Of a stretch of 64,000 bases of DNA, positions 1 through 9,449 are shown in pieces (position 1 is the first letter of the stretch; every line of letters begins with the position of its first letter). The DNA comes from Trueperaceae bacterium. GTDB lineage: Bacteria > Deinococcota > Deinococci > Deinococcales > Trueperaceae. A program made the translations under genes and the position numbers. The stretch lies in the NCBI GenBank assembly GCA_965213705.1, contig OZ243913.1, forward strand, positions 3,520,001-3,584,000, in the 5' to 3' direction. The notes beneath the pieces were generated by a model that made no database searches, was not told the origin of the DNA, and saw only the letters and a list, made by a program, of their open reading frames with translations.

Positions 1-1139
1 ATCGCTATAGGCTTGATGAGTTCGACACTCAGCTCCACATTGTCCCCGGGCATCACCATCTCCACGCTCTCAGGGAGAGTCACCACGCCCGTGACGTCGG
101 TCGTGCGAAAGTAAAACTGCGGCCGGTAGCCGGTGAAGAAGGCGCTGTGCCGGCCGCCTTCTTCTTTCTTCAAGATGTACACCGACCCGTCGAAAACGGT
201 ATGGGGAGTGATGGAACCGGGTTTGGCTAACACTTGACCTCGTTCGATGTCGTCGCGGCCCACGCCGCGCAACAGCACGCCTACGTTGTCGCCGGCCAGA
301 CCCGAGTCGAGCGTCTTGCGGTGCATCTCGACACCGGTCACGACCGTCTTTTTGGTGTCGCTTAGCCCGACGATGGAGATTTCTTCGCCGGTCTTGACCG
401 TGCCCCGTTCGACCCTGCCCGTCGCCACGGTGCCGCGGCCGGTGATGGTGAACACGTCTTCGACCGGCATCAAGAACGCCTTGTCGACGTCGCGTTCAGG
501 CGTGGGGATGTAGCTGTCCACCGCGTCGAGCAGGTCCCAGATTTTATCGACCCACTCGTTTTCGCCGCGTTGGGTATTGGGGTTGGCTTGCAGGGCTTCT
601 AGGGCTTTCAAAGCCGAGCCTTGTACCACCGGGATGTCGTCGCCGGGGAAGTCGTAGGAGGCGAGCAGTTCGCGCACTTCCATTTCGACGAGTTCGAGCA
701 GTTCTTCGTCGTCGACCATGTCGGTTTTGTTCATGAACACCACGATGTAAGGCACGCCCACTTGTCTAGCCAAGAGGATGTGTTCGCGCGTTTGCGGCAT
801 CGGGCCGTCGGCGGCGCTGACCACCAAAATAGCTCCGTCCATCTGCGCGGCACCGGTAATCATGTTCTTGACGTAGTCAGCGTGGCCCGGGCAGTCGACG
901 TGGGAGTAGTGGCGCGCTTTCGTTTGGTACTCCACGTGTGAGGTGTTGATGGTGATGCCCCGAGCTTTCTCTTCGGGCGCTTTGTCGATTTGGTCGTAGC
1001 TTTGCGTCGTCACTGTCGGGTCGGCCGCCGCCGCTGTAAAGGTGATGGCCGCTGTCAAAGTGGTCTTGCCGTGGTCCACGTGACCAATCGTGCCTACGTT
1101 TACGTGCGGTTTCGTGCGCTGGAATACGCTTTTTGCCAT
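1..1139 (-). CDS. tuf: Elongation factor Tu (3' end runs off the window)
   Basis: Minus strand from ATG at 1139 reads [33 protein letters not shown]...[27 protein letters not shown] upstream; preceded by a tRNA cluster. Confidence 0.99.
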   Translation of the reverse strand, partial: MAKSVFQRTKPHVNVGTIGHVDHGKTTLTAAITFTAAAADPTVTTQSYDQIDKAPEEKARGITINTSHVEYQTKARHYSHVDCPGHADYVKNMITGAAQMDGAILVVSAADGPMPQTREHILLARQVGVPYIVVFMNKTDMVDDEELLELVEMEVRELLASYDFPGDDIPVVQGSALKALEALQANPNTQRGENEWVDKIWDLLDAVDSYIPTPERDVDKAFLMPVEDVFTITGRGTVATGRVERGTVKTGEEISIVGLSDTKKTVVTGVEMHRKTLDSGLAGDNVGVLLRGVGRDDIERGQVLAKPGSITPHTVFDGSVYILKKEEGGRHSAFFTGYRPQFYFRTTDVTGVVTLPESVEMVMPGDNVELSVELIKPIA

Positions 1140-1222
1140 TGTGGTGCTCCTTTGCTTTGGTTGAAATCCGCTTTTGCACAGCGGAGGACCAGCCCCTTTT
1201 AAGCCGGTCTGAAAGTTTTAGT

Positions 1223-1297
<75 letters not shown>

Positions 1298-1503
1298 CTA
1301 CCAGACCCCCACTTTGGAGCAAACGTCCCCGCTCGAGCCGCCGCTCCTAGTTTCCCACCTTGCAAATCTCCAGCCTTGCAAAACGGGAATACTGTTGCAG
1401 TCAGTTTTAGGGAAGCATCTTTACGTTAAAGACGATACCTCTAAAACCTTGAAACTTACAGCTAACACCCACGAGTGGATTACAGACGGTAGCTCTAAGT
1501 TTT

Positions 1504-1579
<76 letters not shown>

Positions 1580-1582
1580 GTG

Positions 1583-1628
1583 GGTCATTGGTATTATCAA
1601 TGATTTATCATTGATAATACCAATGACC
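1583..1628. repeat. Perfect 22-bp AT-rich inverted repeat in the tRNA spacer
   Basis: GGTCATTGGTATTATCAATGAT-TT-ATCATTGATAATACCAATGACC. Confidence 0.9.
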
Positions 1629-1631
1629 ATT

Positions 1632-1716
1632 TGGTGGGCCGGGATGGATTTGAACCATCGTAGGCGAAGCCAACGGATTTACAGTCCGTCCCCTTTAACC
1701 ACTCGGGCACCGACCC
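1632..1716 (-). tRNA. tRNA-Tyr(GTA)
   Basis: Reverse complement GGGTCGGTGCCCGAGTGGTTAAAGGGGACGGACTGTAAATCCGTTGGCTTCGCCTACGATGGTTCAAATCCATCCCGGCCCACCA; long variable arm. Confidence 0.97.
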
Positions 1717-1782
1717 GCACTGTAAGCTTAAATTTTAGAGTCAACATCTCTAAATGAATTAGAGATGATACCTCTAAAATTT

Positions 1783-1858
1783 TGGAGCCACCCATCGGAA
1801 TCGAACCGACAACCTTCCGATTACAAATCGGATGCTCTACCAGTTGAGCTAGGGTGGC
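1783..1858 (-). tRNA. tRNA-Thr(TGT)
   Basis: Reverse complement GCCACCCTAGCTCAACTGGTAGAGCATCCGATTTGTAATCGGAAGGTTGTCGGTTCGATTCCGATGGGTGGCTCCA. Confidence 0.97.
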
Positions 1859-2036
1859 GCGTCGCCCGAAGGTGTTCTCCAAGACGCTTTCGCGTCCGGC
1901 TAGACAGCCTAGCACGCCCTTCAAAAGCGTGTCAACAACTTTTCAACTCGTCGAAAAGCTACTAGAAAAGCTATCCAAAGAGGGGTCCGAACACCGCTCT
2001 CAGGGCGCAGTTTTCAAGATGGGGAAGCAACTAATC

Positions 2037-2732
2037 TCAGATAGTAGCTGCGGCGTCGCCCAGGCCCTCAAGCCGCCCCTCTTCTAAGCGGTAGCGGCGG
2101 TCGACGTCGCGTACCAAACCCTCGTCATGGGTAACCATCACTACTGCGCTACCCTCGTCGCGGGCTAATGCGACCAACAGTTCGAACACGGCTCCGGCAC
2201 TTTGCCGGTCGAGGCTACCGGTCGGTTCGTCGGCCAAAACGAGGGCGGGGTTGGCGTAAAGAGCGCGCGCCACGGCGACGCGTTGGCGCTCGCCGCCGGA
2301 CAGCTTGGCGGGCAAGAAGTCGCGCCGGGCTGCCAAACCGACCGCACGCAACAAAGACTCACCGCGCGCCCCGTCCACTTTTCCCGCCAACCGCCCCGAA
2401 AGGGTCACGTTTTCTATGACGCTCATGTCGTTGAGCAGGTAGTGGTTTTGGAACACGAGTCCGACGCGGCTCAGGCGCAACCGCGCCAAGGCGTGGTTGT
2501 CGGCTTTGTGAACGGCGACCTCTTGCCAGTAAATCTCACCCTCGGTCGTCTTGTCGAGTCCGGCCAGCAGGTGCAGCAGGGTCGACTTGCCCGAGCCCGA
2601 AGGCCCCAAGACAGCGACGACCTCACCTGCGGCAACCCGCAAATCGACACCCCGAAGCACCGTCACGGTTCCGGCGGGGCTCGAGAAGCTGCGGTGAACA
2701 TTTTTACACACGAGCGCGCTCACTGCCGCCAA
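2037..2732 (-). CDS. ABC transporter ATP-binding protein, LolD-like
   Basis: Walker A GPSGSGKST, signature LSGGERQRVAVARAL, Walker B LADEPTGSLD, VTHD. Confidence 0.9.
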   Translation of the reverse strand: MAAVSALVCKNVHRSFSSPAGTVTVLRGVDLRVAAGEVVAVLGPSGSGKSTLLHLLAGLDKTTEGEIYWQEVAVHKADNHALARLRLSRVGLVFQNHYLLNDMSVIENVTLSGRLAGKVDGARGESLLRAVGLAARRDFLPAKLSGGERQRVAVARALYANPALVLADEPTGSLDRQSAGAVFELLVALARDEGSAVVMVTHDEGLVRDVDRRYRLEEGRLEGLGDAAATI

Positions 2733-2837
2733 CTATACCGGCTGTGCTAGGCTGTGGGCGAAAATGGACTCAGGAACACAGCCCCACCAACACAGTCTCG
2801 GCAACACAGTCTCGGCAACCAAGACAGGCAGGAACAC

Positions 2838-3533
2838 ATGGCAGATGTGAAAACTTTTTTGACGGGGGTCCCTCTTTTCAAAGACGCCCCCGAACGCGCC
2901 CTCGAGATAGCGGCGTCGGTCATGCAGTTGCGCAAGTTCGATACCGGCAGCGTCATCTTTCAAGAGGGTGACGTCGGCGAAGCGCTCTACGTGCTCGTGG
3001 GCGGCCTCGTCAAACTTTCCAAGGTGGACTTGGGCGGTTACGAGAAAACCCTCGCCATTCTTCAGCCGCCCGAGTTTTTTGGCGAGATGGCGCTGTTGGG
3101 TGCCAAAACGCGGAACGCGACGGCGGAGGCCTTGGGCAGCGTCGAGGCTTACTTGCTGTTCGGCGACGACTTCAACAAGCTCCTCCAGACGTACCCGACC
3201 GTCAGCTTGAACCTCACCACGACGCTGGCCCAACGCCTGCGCGGCATGGACGACGAAGCGCAAATTCTGTCTTACAAGGACGCTCAAGGACGCGTTGCCT
3301 TCGTCTTGTTGCGGCTCTACCGCAGCGGCGTCATCGACCTGACCGAAAGCGGTCAGGCGCTCGTGCGCCTGACGCACCAAGACATCGCCAACCTGGCGGG
3401 CACGAGCCGCGAAACCGTGACCCGCGCCCTCAGGGTGCTCGAGAACGAACAAGTCATCGCCACCCGCCCCAAGGAAGTCGTTCTGACGGACGTTCAGGGA
3501 TTGGAAGAGATTTTGCACGGCATCAGGGAGTAG
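2838..3533 (+). CDS. Crp/Fnr family transcriptional regulator
   Basis: cNMP-binding domain (FFGEMALL...RNATA) plus HTH LTHQDIANLAGTSRETVTR; start placed at ATG 2838. Confidence 0.95.
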   Translation: MADVKTFLTGVPLFKDAPERALEIAASVMQLRKFDTGSVIFQEGDVGEALYVLVGGLVKLSKVDLGGYEKTLAILQPPEFFGEMALLGAKTRNATAEALGSVEAYLLFGDDFNKLLQTYPTVSLNLTTTLAQRLRGMDDEAQILSYKDAQGRVAFVLLRLYRSGVIDLTESGQALVRLTHQDIANLAGTSRETVTRALRVLENEQVIATRPKEVVLTDVQGLEEILHGIRE

Positions 3534-3700
3534 GCGCGGTGCGCTCGAGCCGCGCTTGACTCCGCTTTTCTTGGGTGGGTCGTTGCCCGAACCTTGGTTC
3601 GGTCCCTCACGCGTGCAGCTTCTGTGTTGAGCACAGGTTGTGAGCACAGTCTTGACGGCCGTATACACTGTTCGGCCTCGGCTCGGTGTAGCGTTAGCGC

Positions 3701-3874
3701 ATGATAGGACCGTTCGGGCTGTGGGAAATCGTCATCGTCGTCGCCGTGGTCGTGCTGCTGTTCGGCGCACGCAGCTTGCCCAAAATCGCCAAGGACGCGG
3801 GCAGGACGTTCAAAAAAGTGCGCAAGGAAGTGCGCGAGTTCAAAGACGACATCGACATCACCAAGCCGGATTAA
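3701..3874 (+). CDS. tatA: Twin-arginine translocase TatA/E subunit (57 aa, below the ORF-track cutoff)
   Basis: MIGPFGLWEIVIVVAVVVLLFGARSLPKIAKDAGRTFKKVRKEVREFKDDIDITKPD; TM, FG hinge and amphipathic helix. Confidence 0.9.
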   Translation: MIGPFGLWEIVIVVAVVVLLFGARSLPKIAKDAGRTFKKVRKEVREFKDDIDITKPD

Positions 3875-4047
3875 TGCCGCGTCAGGCTAGAAACCATAAA
3901 CTCAAAACAGTTCAGGGCGTTCGGAAGCCGCGCTTCGGAGTCTTTGAACTAAAGTTTTCAAGCAAGCCAGTTATCTCAAACCGAGCAAGGCGGACCGGCT
4001 GAGCCGAAGCGGTTAGACTGACAAGGTATGAAAAGCGGCTGTGACGG

Positions 4048-5193
4048 ATGACTATGGTTGTTGACAAGGTTGAGGCTGCCAAGCAGCGAGAAGCCGTCGG
4101 TTTGGCCCGTGAACTCGCTCAGGGGTTCAGGGCCGGAGCTGGGACCGCGGACGAGCAAGGAGCCTTGCCCGCTGCGGATGTCGCCGCGCTCGAGAGCGCG
4201 AACTACCCCGGTCTCGCCGTGCCCGAAGCGTATGGCGGCCGGGGCGCCTCGCTCGAGGCTTGTGTCGCGGCGCAACTCGAGCTGGCCCAGGGCAGCGCCT
4301 CCACCGCGCTCGTCGCCGCGATGACCCTGCACATCGTCGGGCACGAACGCGAGGTGCGAAGTTGGACGCCCGCAGCCCGCGACGCTATTTTCGCCGACGT
4401 GGCGCGCGGCGCGCTGCTCAACAGCGCGGCGAGCGAGCCGCGCCTCGGCAGCCCGTCGCGCGGCGGGCTGCCCGACACCTACGCTCAAAAGAGCGGGGAC
4501 ACACTCCTTGTCAATGGTCACAAAAATTGGGTGACCGGCGGCGAACACTTGACCCACCTTCTCGTGCGTTTGCGTCTGGCGGACGAGGCGGTGGTGGTGT
4601 GGCTGCCGAGCGACACCCCCGGCTTGCGCTGGGAAAAAACGTGGGGGGACGGCCTCAGCTTGCGGGCCAGCGACAGCCACGACCTTTATCTGGAGGACGT
4701 GCGGGTGCCTGCCGCCAACCTCGTCCAGCGAGGCAAGTCCCCGGGAAACGTCTGGTTTCCCATGTTGGTCGCGGCGACCTACCTCGGCACCGCTTGCGCC
4801 GCGCGGGACGACGTCGTTCGGTACGCGCTCTCCCGCGTGCCCACCGCCCTCGGCAAGCCTATCGCCACGCTGCCGGGCGTCCAGCGGCAAGTCGGCGACA
4901 TCGCCATTTCCTTGCAGGCGGCGCGAAGCTTTTTGCTGGCGGTCGCCGCCGAGTGGCGCGGGCTCGAGGACGAGCGCGAAGATTTTTTGGCGAAAGCCGC
5001 GAGCGTCAAGCACGTGGCGGTCGAAACGGCGCTGCAAACGACCGACAAGGCGCTACGGGTCGCGGGGGCGGCGGGAATCGACAAGGGGTTGAATTTGGAG
5101 CGTTACTTCCGCGACGTGCGTGGCGGGCTGATGCACCCACCCTCGAGCGACGCCGCCCTGGAGTTCGTGGGACGGCGGGCTCTGGGCCTGTAA
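4048..5193 (+). CDS. Acyl-CoA dehydrogenase family protein
   Basis: AASEP, NGHKNWVTG, LRASDSHDL, LERYFRDVR motifs. Confidence 0.92.
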   Translation: MTMVVDKVEAAKQREAVGLARELAQGFRAGAGTADEQGALPAADVAALESANYPGLAVPEAYGGRGASLEACVAAQLELAQGSASTALVAAMTLHIVGHEREVRSWTPAARDAIFADVARGALLNSAASEPRLGSPSRGGLPDTYAQKSGDTLLVNGHKNWVTGGEHLTHLLVRLRLADEAVVVWLPSDTPGLRWEKTWGDGLSLRASDSHDLYLEDVRVPAANLVQRGKSPGNVWFPMLVAATYLGTACAARDDVVRYALSRVPTALGKPIATLPGVQRQVGDIAISLQAARSFLLAVAAEWRGLEDEREDFLAKAASVKHVAVETALQTTDKALRVAGAAGIDKGLNLERYFRDVRGGLMHPPSSDAALEFVGRRALGL

Positions 5194-5462
5194 GCTGCAA
5201 GACTGTGGCAAAATTGTAGCTGCAAGGCTGTAGCGGCTGTTCGTACAAAACGACTCGCGCGAACCGGCGGCGAAGGACTCCGCCAGCGCCGCGCGCAAGT
5301 GTCAACTGAGCAACCCCGAGACCGGCGCGTGTTCCGCGACCGATTCGCACAAGGCTCGGCTTACGCACGAAGTGCCGTCAACAGACCCCCGTTGTCCACC
5401 TCGTCTCGACCACCAAGCTCTATTCGGCTTCCCGTCGCCGGTGTACGGGTATGCTGTAGGGG

Positions 5463-7463
5463 ATGGCAGCTCGAGACAGTCATTCCCAACGCCGCAGCAC
5501 TTACCTGCTCGTGTTGCCCCTTACCGTCATTGCCGTCGCCGTCACTTACCTGGTCGAACTCGGCCAAAGCAGTGTCGACCCGTTCAACCTAGTGGCGTTG
5601 CCCCTGCTGGCTTTGCTGTTCAGCCTGCTGGCGACCGCGCACCTGCTGAACTTGCTGAGCTTGCGCGCAGTCGAGGCCGGACTTTTCGCCACCGCCGCGC
5701 TCGCCTTTTTCGGAAAGCTCGGTCACACGCTTTTGTTTGCTTACTCGCCCTTCGAGCGGGCGCACGAGTTGAGCCAGGTTTTTATCTGGACGCCGTTCGT
5801 CTACGCGGTGGCTTTTCTGGTCGGCACGCCCAGGACGGGGTTGTACCGTGCCGGCGCGGTCTACTTTATGAGCGTCGGCATCGGCGTTTTTGCGGCGTTG
5901 CGGGGCGGCGCCCTGGGCGACTACCGGCTCGGTGAATACTACCTGGGCAACCTGGTGTTGCTCGCCCTTTTGTACCTCGTCGGCAGCCTGCGGGTGCGGT
6001 TGGGCGAGCTGCAGAGCAACTTGAGCGAAATGGCGCGCCTGGCGACCTCGGACTTTTTAACCGGGGTACCCAACCGGCGGCGCTTGGAAACGCAGTTGCA
6101 ACGCGAATTAGAACAGCACCGCCGCTACGGCGCGCCGGTCTCGGTGATTTTGTTCGACATCGACAACTTTAAAAGGTTCAACGACACCTACGGCCACGCG
6201 CTCGGCGACGGGGTGCTCAAAAAAGTGGCGAACTCGGTACAACACGAGTTGCGCTCGACCGACGCTTTCGGACGTTGGGGCGGCGAGGAGTTTTTGGTCG
6301 TCGCGGGCCACACCGACGCGCGCCACGCGACGCTGCTCGCCGAACGCTTGCGGCAGCGCGTCGAGGCGAGCGAGGTCGCGGGAGCCGGCCCGGTCACGGC
6401 CAGCTTCGGGGTGGCCGCGTGCCACGACGACCTCAGCTTAGAAACGCTCATCGAGCGGGCAGACGCGGCGCTCTACCGCGCTAAAACACTGGGCAAAAAC
6501 CGCGTCAGCCTCGACAGCCCGGACGGTTTACCGGCGGCGGTTGAGTTGCCGCAACTGGACTACCCGTTTGCCGAAGTGCTCAAAAAGCCCGACGCCGCGG
6601 TTGTGACGGCGGTAACGGCCTGGTTGGCGGGGTTCGGGCTCGGGCCTGTGCCCGCCGACTTGCGCGAACACGTGGCGCGCAGCTTCAGCTGCTTGGCTAC
6701 GACCCTGCACCCTTACGCGAGCAAAGACTGGCAGGTTTTGCTCGGCAAGTGGTACTGCTGGGCGTTTTTGCACGACGACCGCTGTGACGGCAGCGAGTTG
6801 GGACGGCAGCCGGAGCGGCTCGAAAGCTTGACCGACAGGCTGGCTGAGCTGTTCGCCGGAGCGCCGGTCCGGGCGGACGACGAACCCCTCGGCCGGGCGT
6901 TGACCGACCTGCGCGCCGAACTGCTGAGCGCGGCCGGCGACGTTTGGGTGGAGCAACTGAGTGAAGAGCTCGAGCGCTACTTTGCCGCCCTGGCTTGGGA
7001 AGCGCAGAACCGGGCCGACAACACCACGCCGAGCCTGAGCCGCTACTTAGAAATGCGGCCCGTCACGGTCGGTTTGCGGCTGGACGACCTGTTCAGCCGT
7101 GCCGACGGGCTGCACGTTCCAGAAGGCGTGCGCAACCTTGCAGGCGTGACCGCCCTGACCCGCTTAGCCAACGAAACCGTGTGTTGGGCCAACGACCTCG
7201 TGTCGCTCGACAAAGAGTTGCGGCAAGGTGACGTACACAACTTGGTTCACGTGTTGCAACACGCTCACGGCTTCGACTTGCAAAATGCGGTCCAGCAAGC
7301 GAGTTTGCAACACGACCAAACGCTGGCCCGCTACCTGTCGGCCGAACAGCACCTAAAAGAACGGCTCGACGGTTGGCGCGACTTAGACCTGTACTTGGAA
7401 TTGCTCAGGGCGCGCGTGCGCGGCATCTACGACTGGTCGTTGGTGTCGGGGCGGTACCGCTAG
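5463..7463 (+). CDS. Membrane-anchored GGDEF diguanylate cyclase fused to a class I terpene synthase
   Basis: About 6 hydrophobic segments in aa 12-175; DFLTGVPNRR, FDIDNFKRFNDTYGHALGD, RSTDAFGRWGGEEF, ADAALYRAK; then LPQLDYPF, FLHDDRCD, YLEMRPVTVG, WANDLVSLDKE, GDVHNLV, WSLVSGRY. Confidence 0.92.
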   Translation: MAARDSHSQRRSTYLLVLPLTVIAVAVTYLVELGQSSVDPFNLVALPLLALLFSLLATAHLLNLLSLRAVEAGLFATAALAFFGKLGHTLLFAYSPFERAHELSQVFIWTPFVYAVAFLVGTPRTGLYRAGAVYFMSVGIGVFAALRGGALGDYRLGEYYLGNLVLLALLYLVGSLRVRLGELQSNLSEMARLATSDFLTGVPNRRRLETQLQRELEQHRRYGAPVSVILFDIDNFKRFNDTYGHALGDGVLKKVANSVQHELRSTDAFGRWGGEEFLVVAGHTDARHATLLAERLRQRVEASEVAGAGPVTASFGVAACHDDLSLETLIERADAALYRAKTLGKNRVSLDSPDGLPAAVELPQLDYPFAEVLKKPDAAVVTAVTAWLAGFGLGPVPADLREHVARSFSCLATTLHPYASKDWQVLLGKWYCWAFLHDDRCDGSELGRQPERLESLTDRLAELFAGAPVRADDEPLGRALTDLRAELLSAAGDVWVEQLSEELERYFAALAWEAQNRADNTTPSLSRYLEMRPVTVGLRLDDLFSRADGLHVPEGVRNLAGVTALTRLANETVCWANDLVSLDKELRQGDVHNLVHVLQHAHGFDLQNAVQQASLQHDQTLARYLSAEQHLKERLDGWRDLDLYLELLRARVRGIYDWSLVSGRYR

Positions 7464-7728
7464 TTAAAACGCCTACAGGGGTTAACGAGCCGTGGGCAAC
7501 GTCTGGCGCGCCAAGAAACTACCATCCGGTTTTAAGCCGGCTCGAGCGCTCGAAACACGCGTCCGAATGCAGAAAGCCCAAGACGACTTGTTAAACTGGA
7601 CTCATGCCAAGACCTGTCCTGAGCGTGCCCTTCTTGTGCCGGACCCTTGCTCGTCCCGCTTCGCTAGAGTCTGTGATTGACAGTATAAGTAACGAGTCTA
7701 TGGTCAACGAGTCTGCAAAGCGGACGCC

Positions 7729-9267
7729 TTGGCAGACGCCGTGACGGACGCCAACCGCCCCGGCGCGGGTATCCTGGTGATTTTCGGTGCCGGGGGCGAC
7801 CTCGCCTGGCGCAAACTGCTGCCCGCCCTGTTCGACTTGTTCGTCGAAGAGTTTTTGCCCGCGAAGTTCGCCGTCGTCGGTTTGGACCGCAAACAGCTGG
7901 ACGACGAGGAATTTCGGGCGCGGGCCAAAGACGGCGTCGAGACGTTTGCACGCTTTAAAGGTGACGTGGCTGAAAAGTGGCCGGCGTTTGCGGACTCGCT
8001 CTACTACCTCGCCGGCGAGGTCGACACGCCCGACACCTACGTCGCGCTGGCCGCCAAACTTGCAGCGCAAGACAACGCTTGGGACGTAAGTAGCAACCAC
8101 ATTTTTTACTTGGCGACGCCGCCTTTTCTCATCGAGCCGATTTCGGCGGGACTCGCGGCGGCGCACTTGCTGGACGCGAGAGACAGCACCCGCATCGTTG
8201 TGGAAAAGCCGTTCGGGCACGACCTCGCCTCGGCTGTGGCCCTGAACGCCCAACTTTCCAAACTCTGTCCGGAATCGCAAATCTACCGCATCGACCACTA
8301 TTTGGGCAAAGAAACCGTGCAGAACATCCTGGCGTTCAGGTTCGCCAACGCGCTGTTCGAACCCGTTTGGGACCGCCGCTACATCGACCACGTGCAGGTC
8401 ACGGTGGCCGAAACGGTCGGGGTCGAGCACCGGGGCGGCTACTACGAGTCGGCCGGGGCCTTGCGCGACATGGTGCAAAACCACCTTATGCAACTGCTTT
8501 GCTTAGTGGCGATGGAGCCGCCGGTCTCGTTCGGCGCGGAGGAGGTGCGCAGCCGCAAGGTGGACGTGCTGCGCGCGGTACGCCCCATCCTGCCTGACAA
8601 CGTGTTCGACGTGGCCGCGCGCGGGCAATACGGGCCGGGTTGGGTGATGGGCGAGAAGGTGCAGGCTTACCGTGCGGAGCCGGGCGTCGCGCCGCGCTCG
8701 AGCACCGAAACGTTCGCCGCCCTCAAACTTTACGTCGACAACTGGCGCTGGCGCGGGGTGCCCTTTTACCTGCGCAGCGGCAAGCACTTGCCCGAGCGCG
8801 TCTCCGAAGTCGTCATCCGCTTCAAACCCGTGCCGCACCAGGCGTTTCCCAACGGCGTGAGCAACCCCATCGAGCCCAACGACATCGTTATTTACATCCA
8901 GCCGGACGAGGGCATTTCCATCGACGTGCAGGCCAAAAAGCCGGGGCTGAACATGCGCCTGGGTGAAGTCGACATGCACTTCGCTTACGAAGAAGCGTTC
9001 CGCGAACCCTCGCCCGAAGCTTACGAAACGCTGCTGCTCGACGTGTTTCGGGGTGACGCGACGCTGTTTATGCGCAGCGACCAGGTCGAGCTGGCCTGGG
9101 CCATCGTGATGCCGGTCCTGAACGTGTGGGCGCAGGCCGAAGACATCAGCTTCTACGACTCGGGCACCTGGGGACCGGACGAGGCGACCGAACTCATCGC
9201 TCGCGATGGCCGCAGTTGGCTCCGCCCGCAACGCCTCAGCACCAAAATCAAAGACAAAAGAGCGTGA
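7729..9267 (+). CDS. zwf: Glucose-6-phosphate 1-dehydrogenase
   Basis: GAGGDLAWRKLLPAL, VEKPFGHDL, RIDHYLGKETVQN, WRGVPFYLRSGK. Confidence 0.98.
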   Translation: MADAVTDANRPGAGILVIFGAGGDLAWRKLLPALFDLFVEEFLPAKFAVVGLDRKQLDDEEFRARAKDGVETFARFKGDVAEKWPAFADSLYYLAGEVDTPDTYVALAAKLAAQDNAWDVSSNHIFYLATPPFLIEPISAGLAAAHLLDARDSTRIVVEKPFGHDLASAVALNAQLSKLCPESQIYRIDHYLGKETVQNILAFRFANALFEPVWDRRYIDHVQVTVAETVGVEHRGGYYESAGALRDMVQNHLMQLLCLVAMEPPVSFGAEEVRSRKVDVLRAVRPILPDNVFDVAARGQYGPGWVMGEKVQAYRAEPGVAPRSSTETFAALKLYVDNWRWRGVPFYLRSGKHLPERVSEVVIRFKPVPHQAFPNGVSNPIEPNDIVIYIQPDEGISIDVQAKKPGLNMRLGEVDMHFAYEEAFREPSPEAYETLLLDVFRGDATLFMRSDQVELAWAIVMPVLNVWAQAEDISFYDSGTWGPDEATELIARDGRSWLRPQRLSTKIKDKRA

Positions 9268-9360
9268 GCAGTACCAAGTCCCGAGTTGAAAGTGAATTCA
9301 CTCAGGACTTTTCACTCGGTACTCGGTACTTTTGACTCAGCACTTTTGACTCGGTACTTC
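9268..9360. repeat. Degenerate 7-nt tandem repeats in opposed orientation (STRR-like hairpin)
   Basis: ...ccgagttgaaagtga... followed by actcggt/actcggt/acttttg/actcagc/acttttg/actcggt. Confidence 0.6.
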
Positions 9361-9449
9361 CCTTGTCACTTCTCCCGCCGACGAACCTCAGCAAGAGATA
9401 ACAACTGCACTTCACGTTCGGCGTTCACATGCTAGTCTCATGAAAGCCC

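Noticed and set aside
2838..3533. Crp gene as part of a terpene cluster (cNMP-binding genes flank 2-MIB synthases)
   Set aside because: It is an ordinary Crp/Fnr regulator with an HTH, separated from the fusion gene by tatA and an acyl-CoA dehydrogenase. No GPP methyltransferase or prenyltransferase is adjacent.
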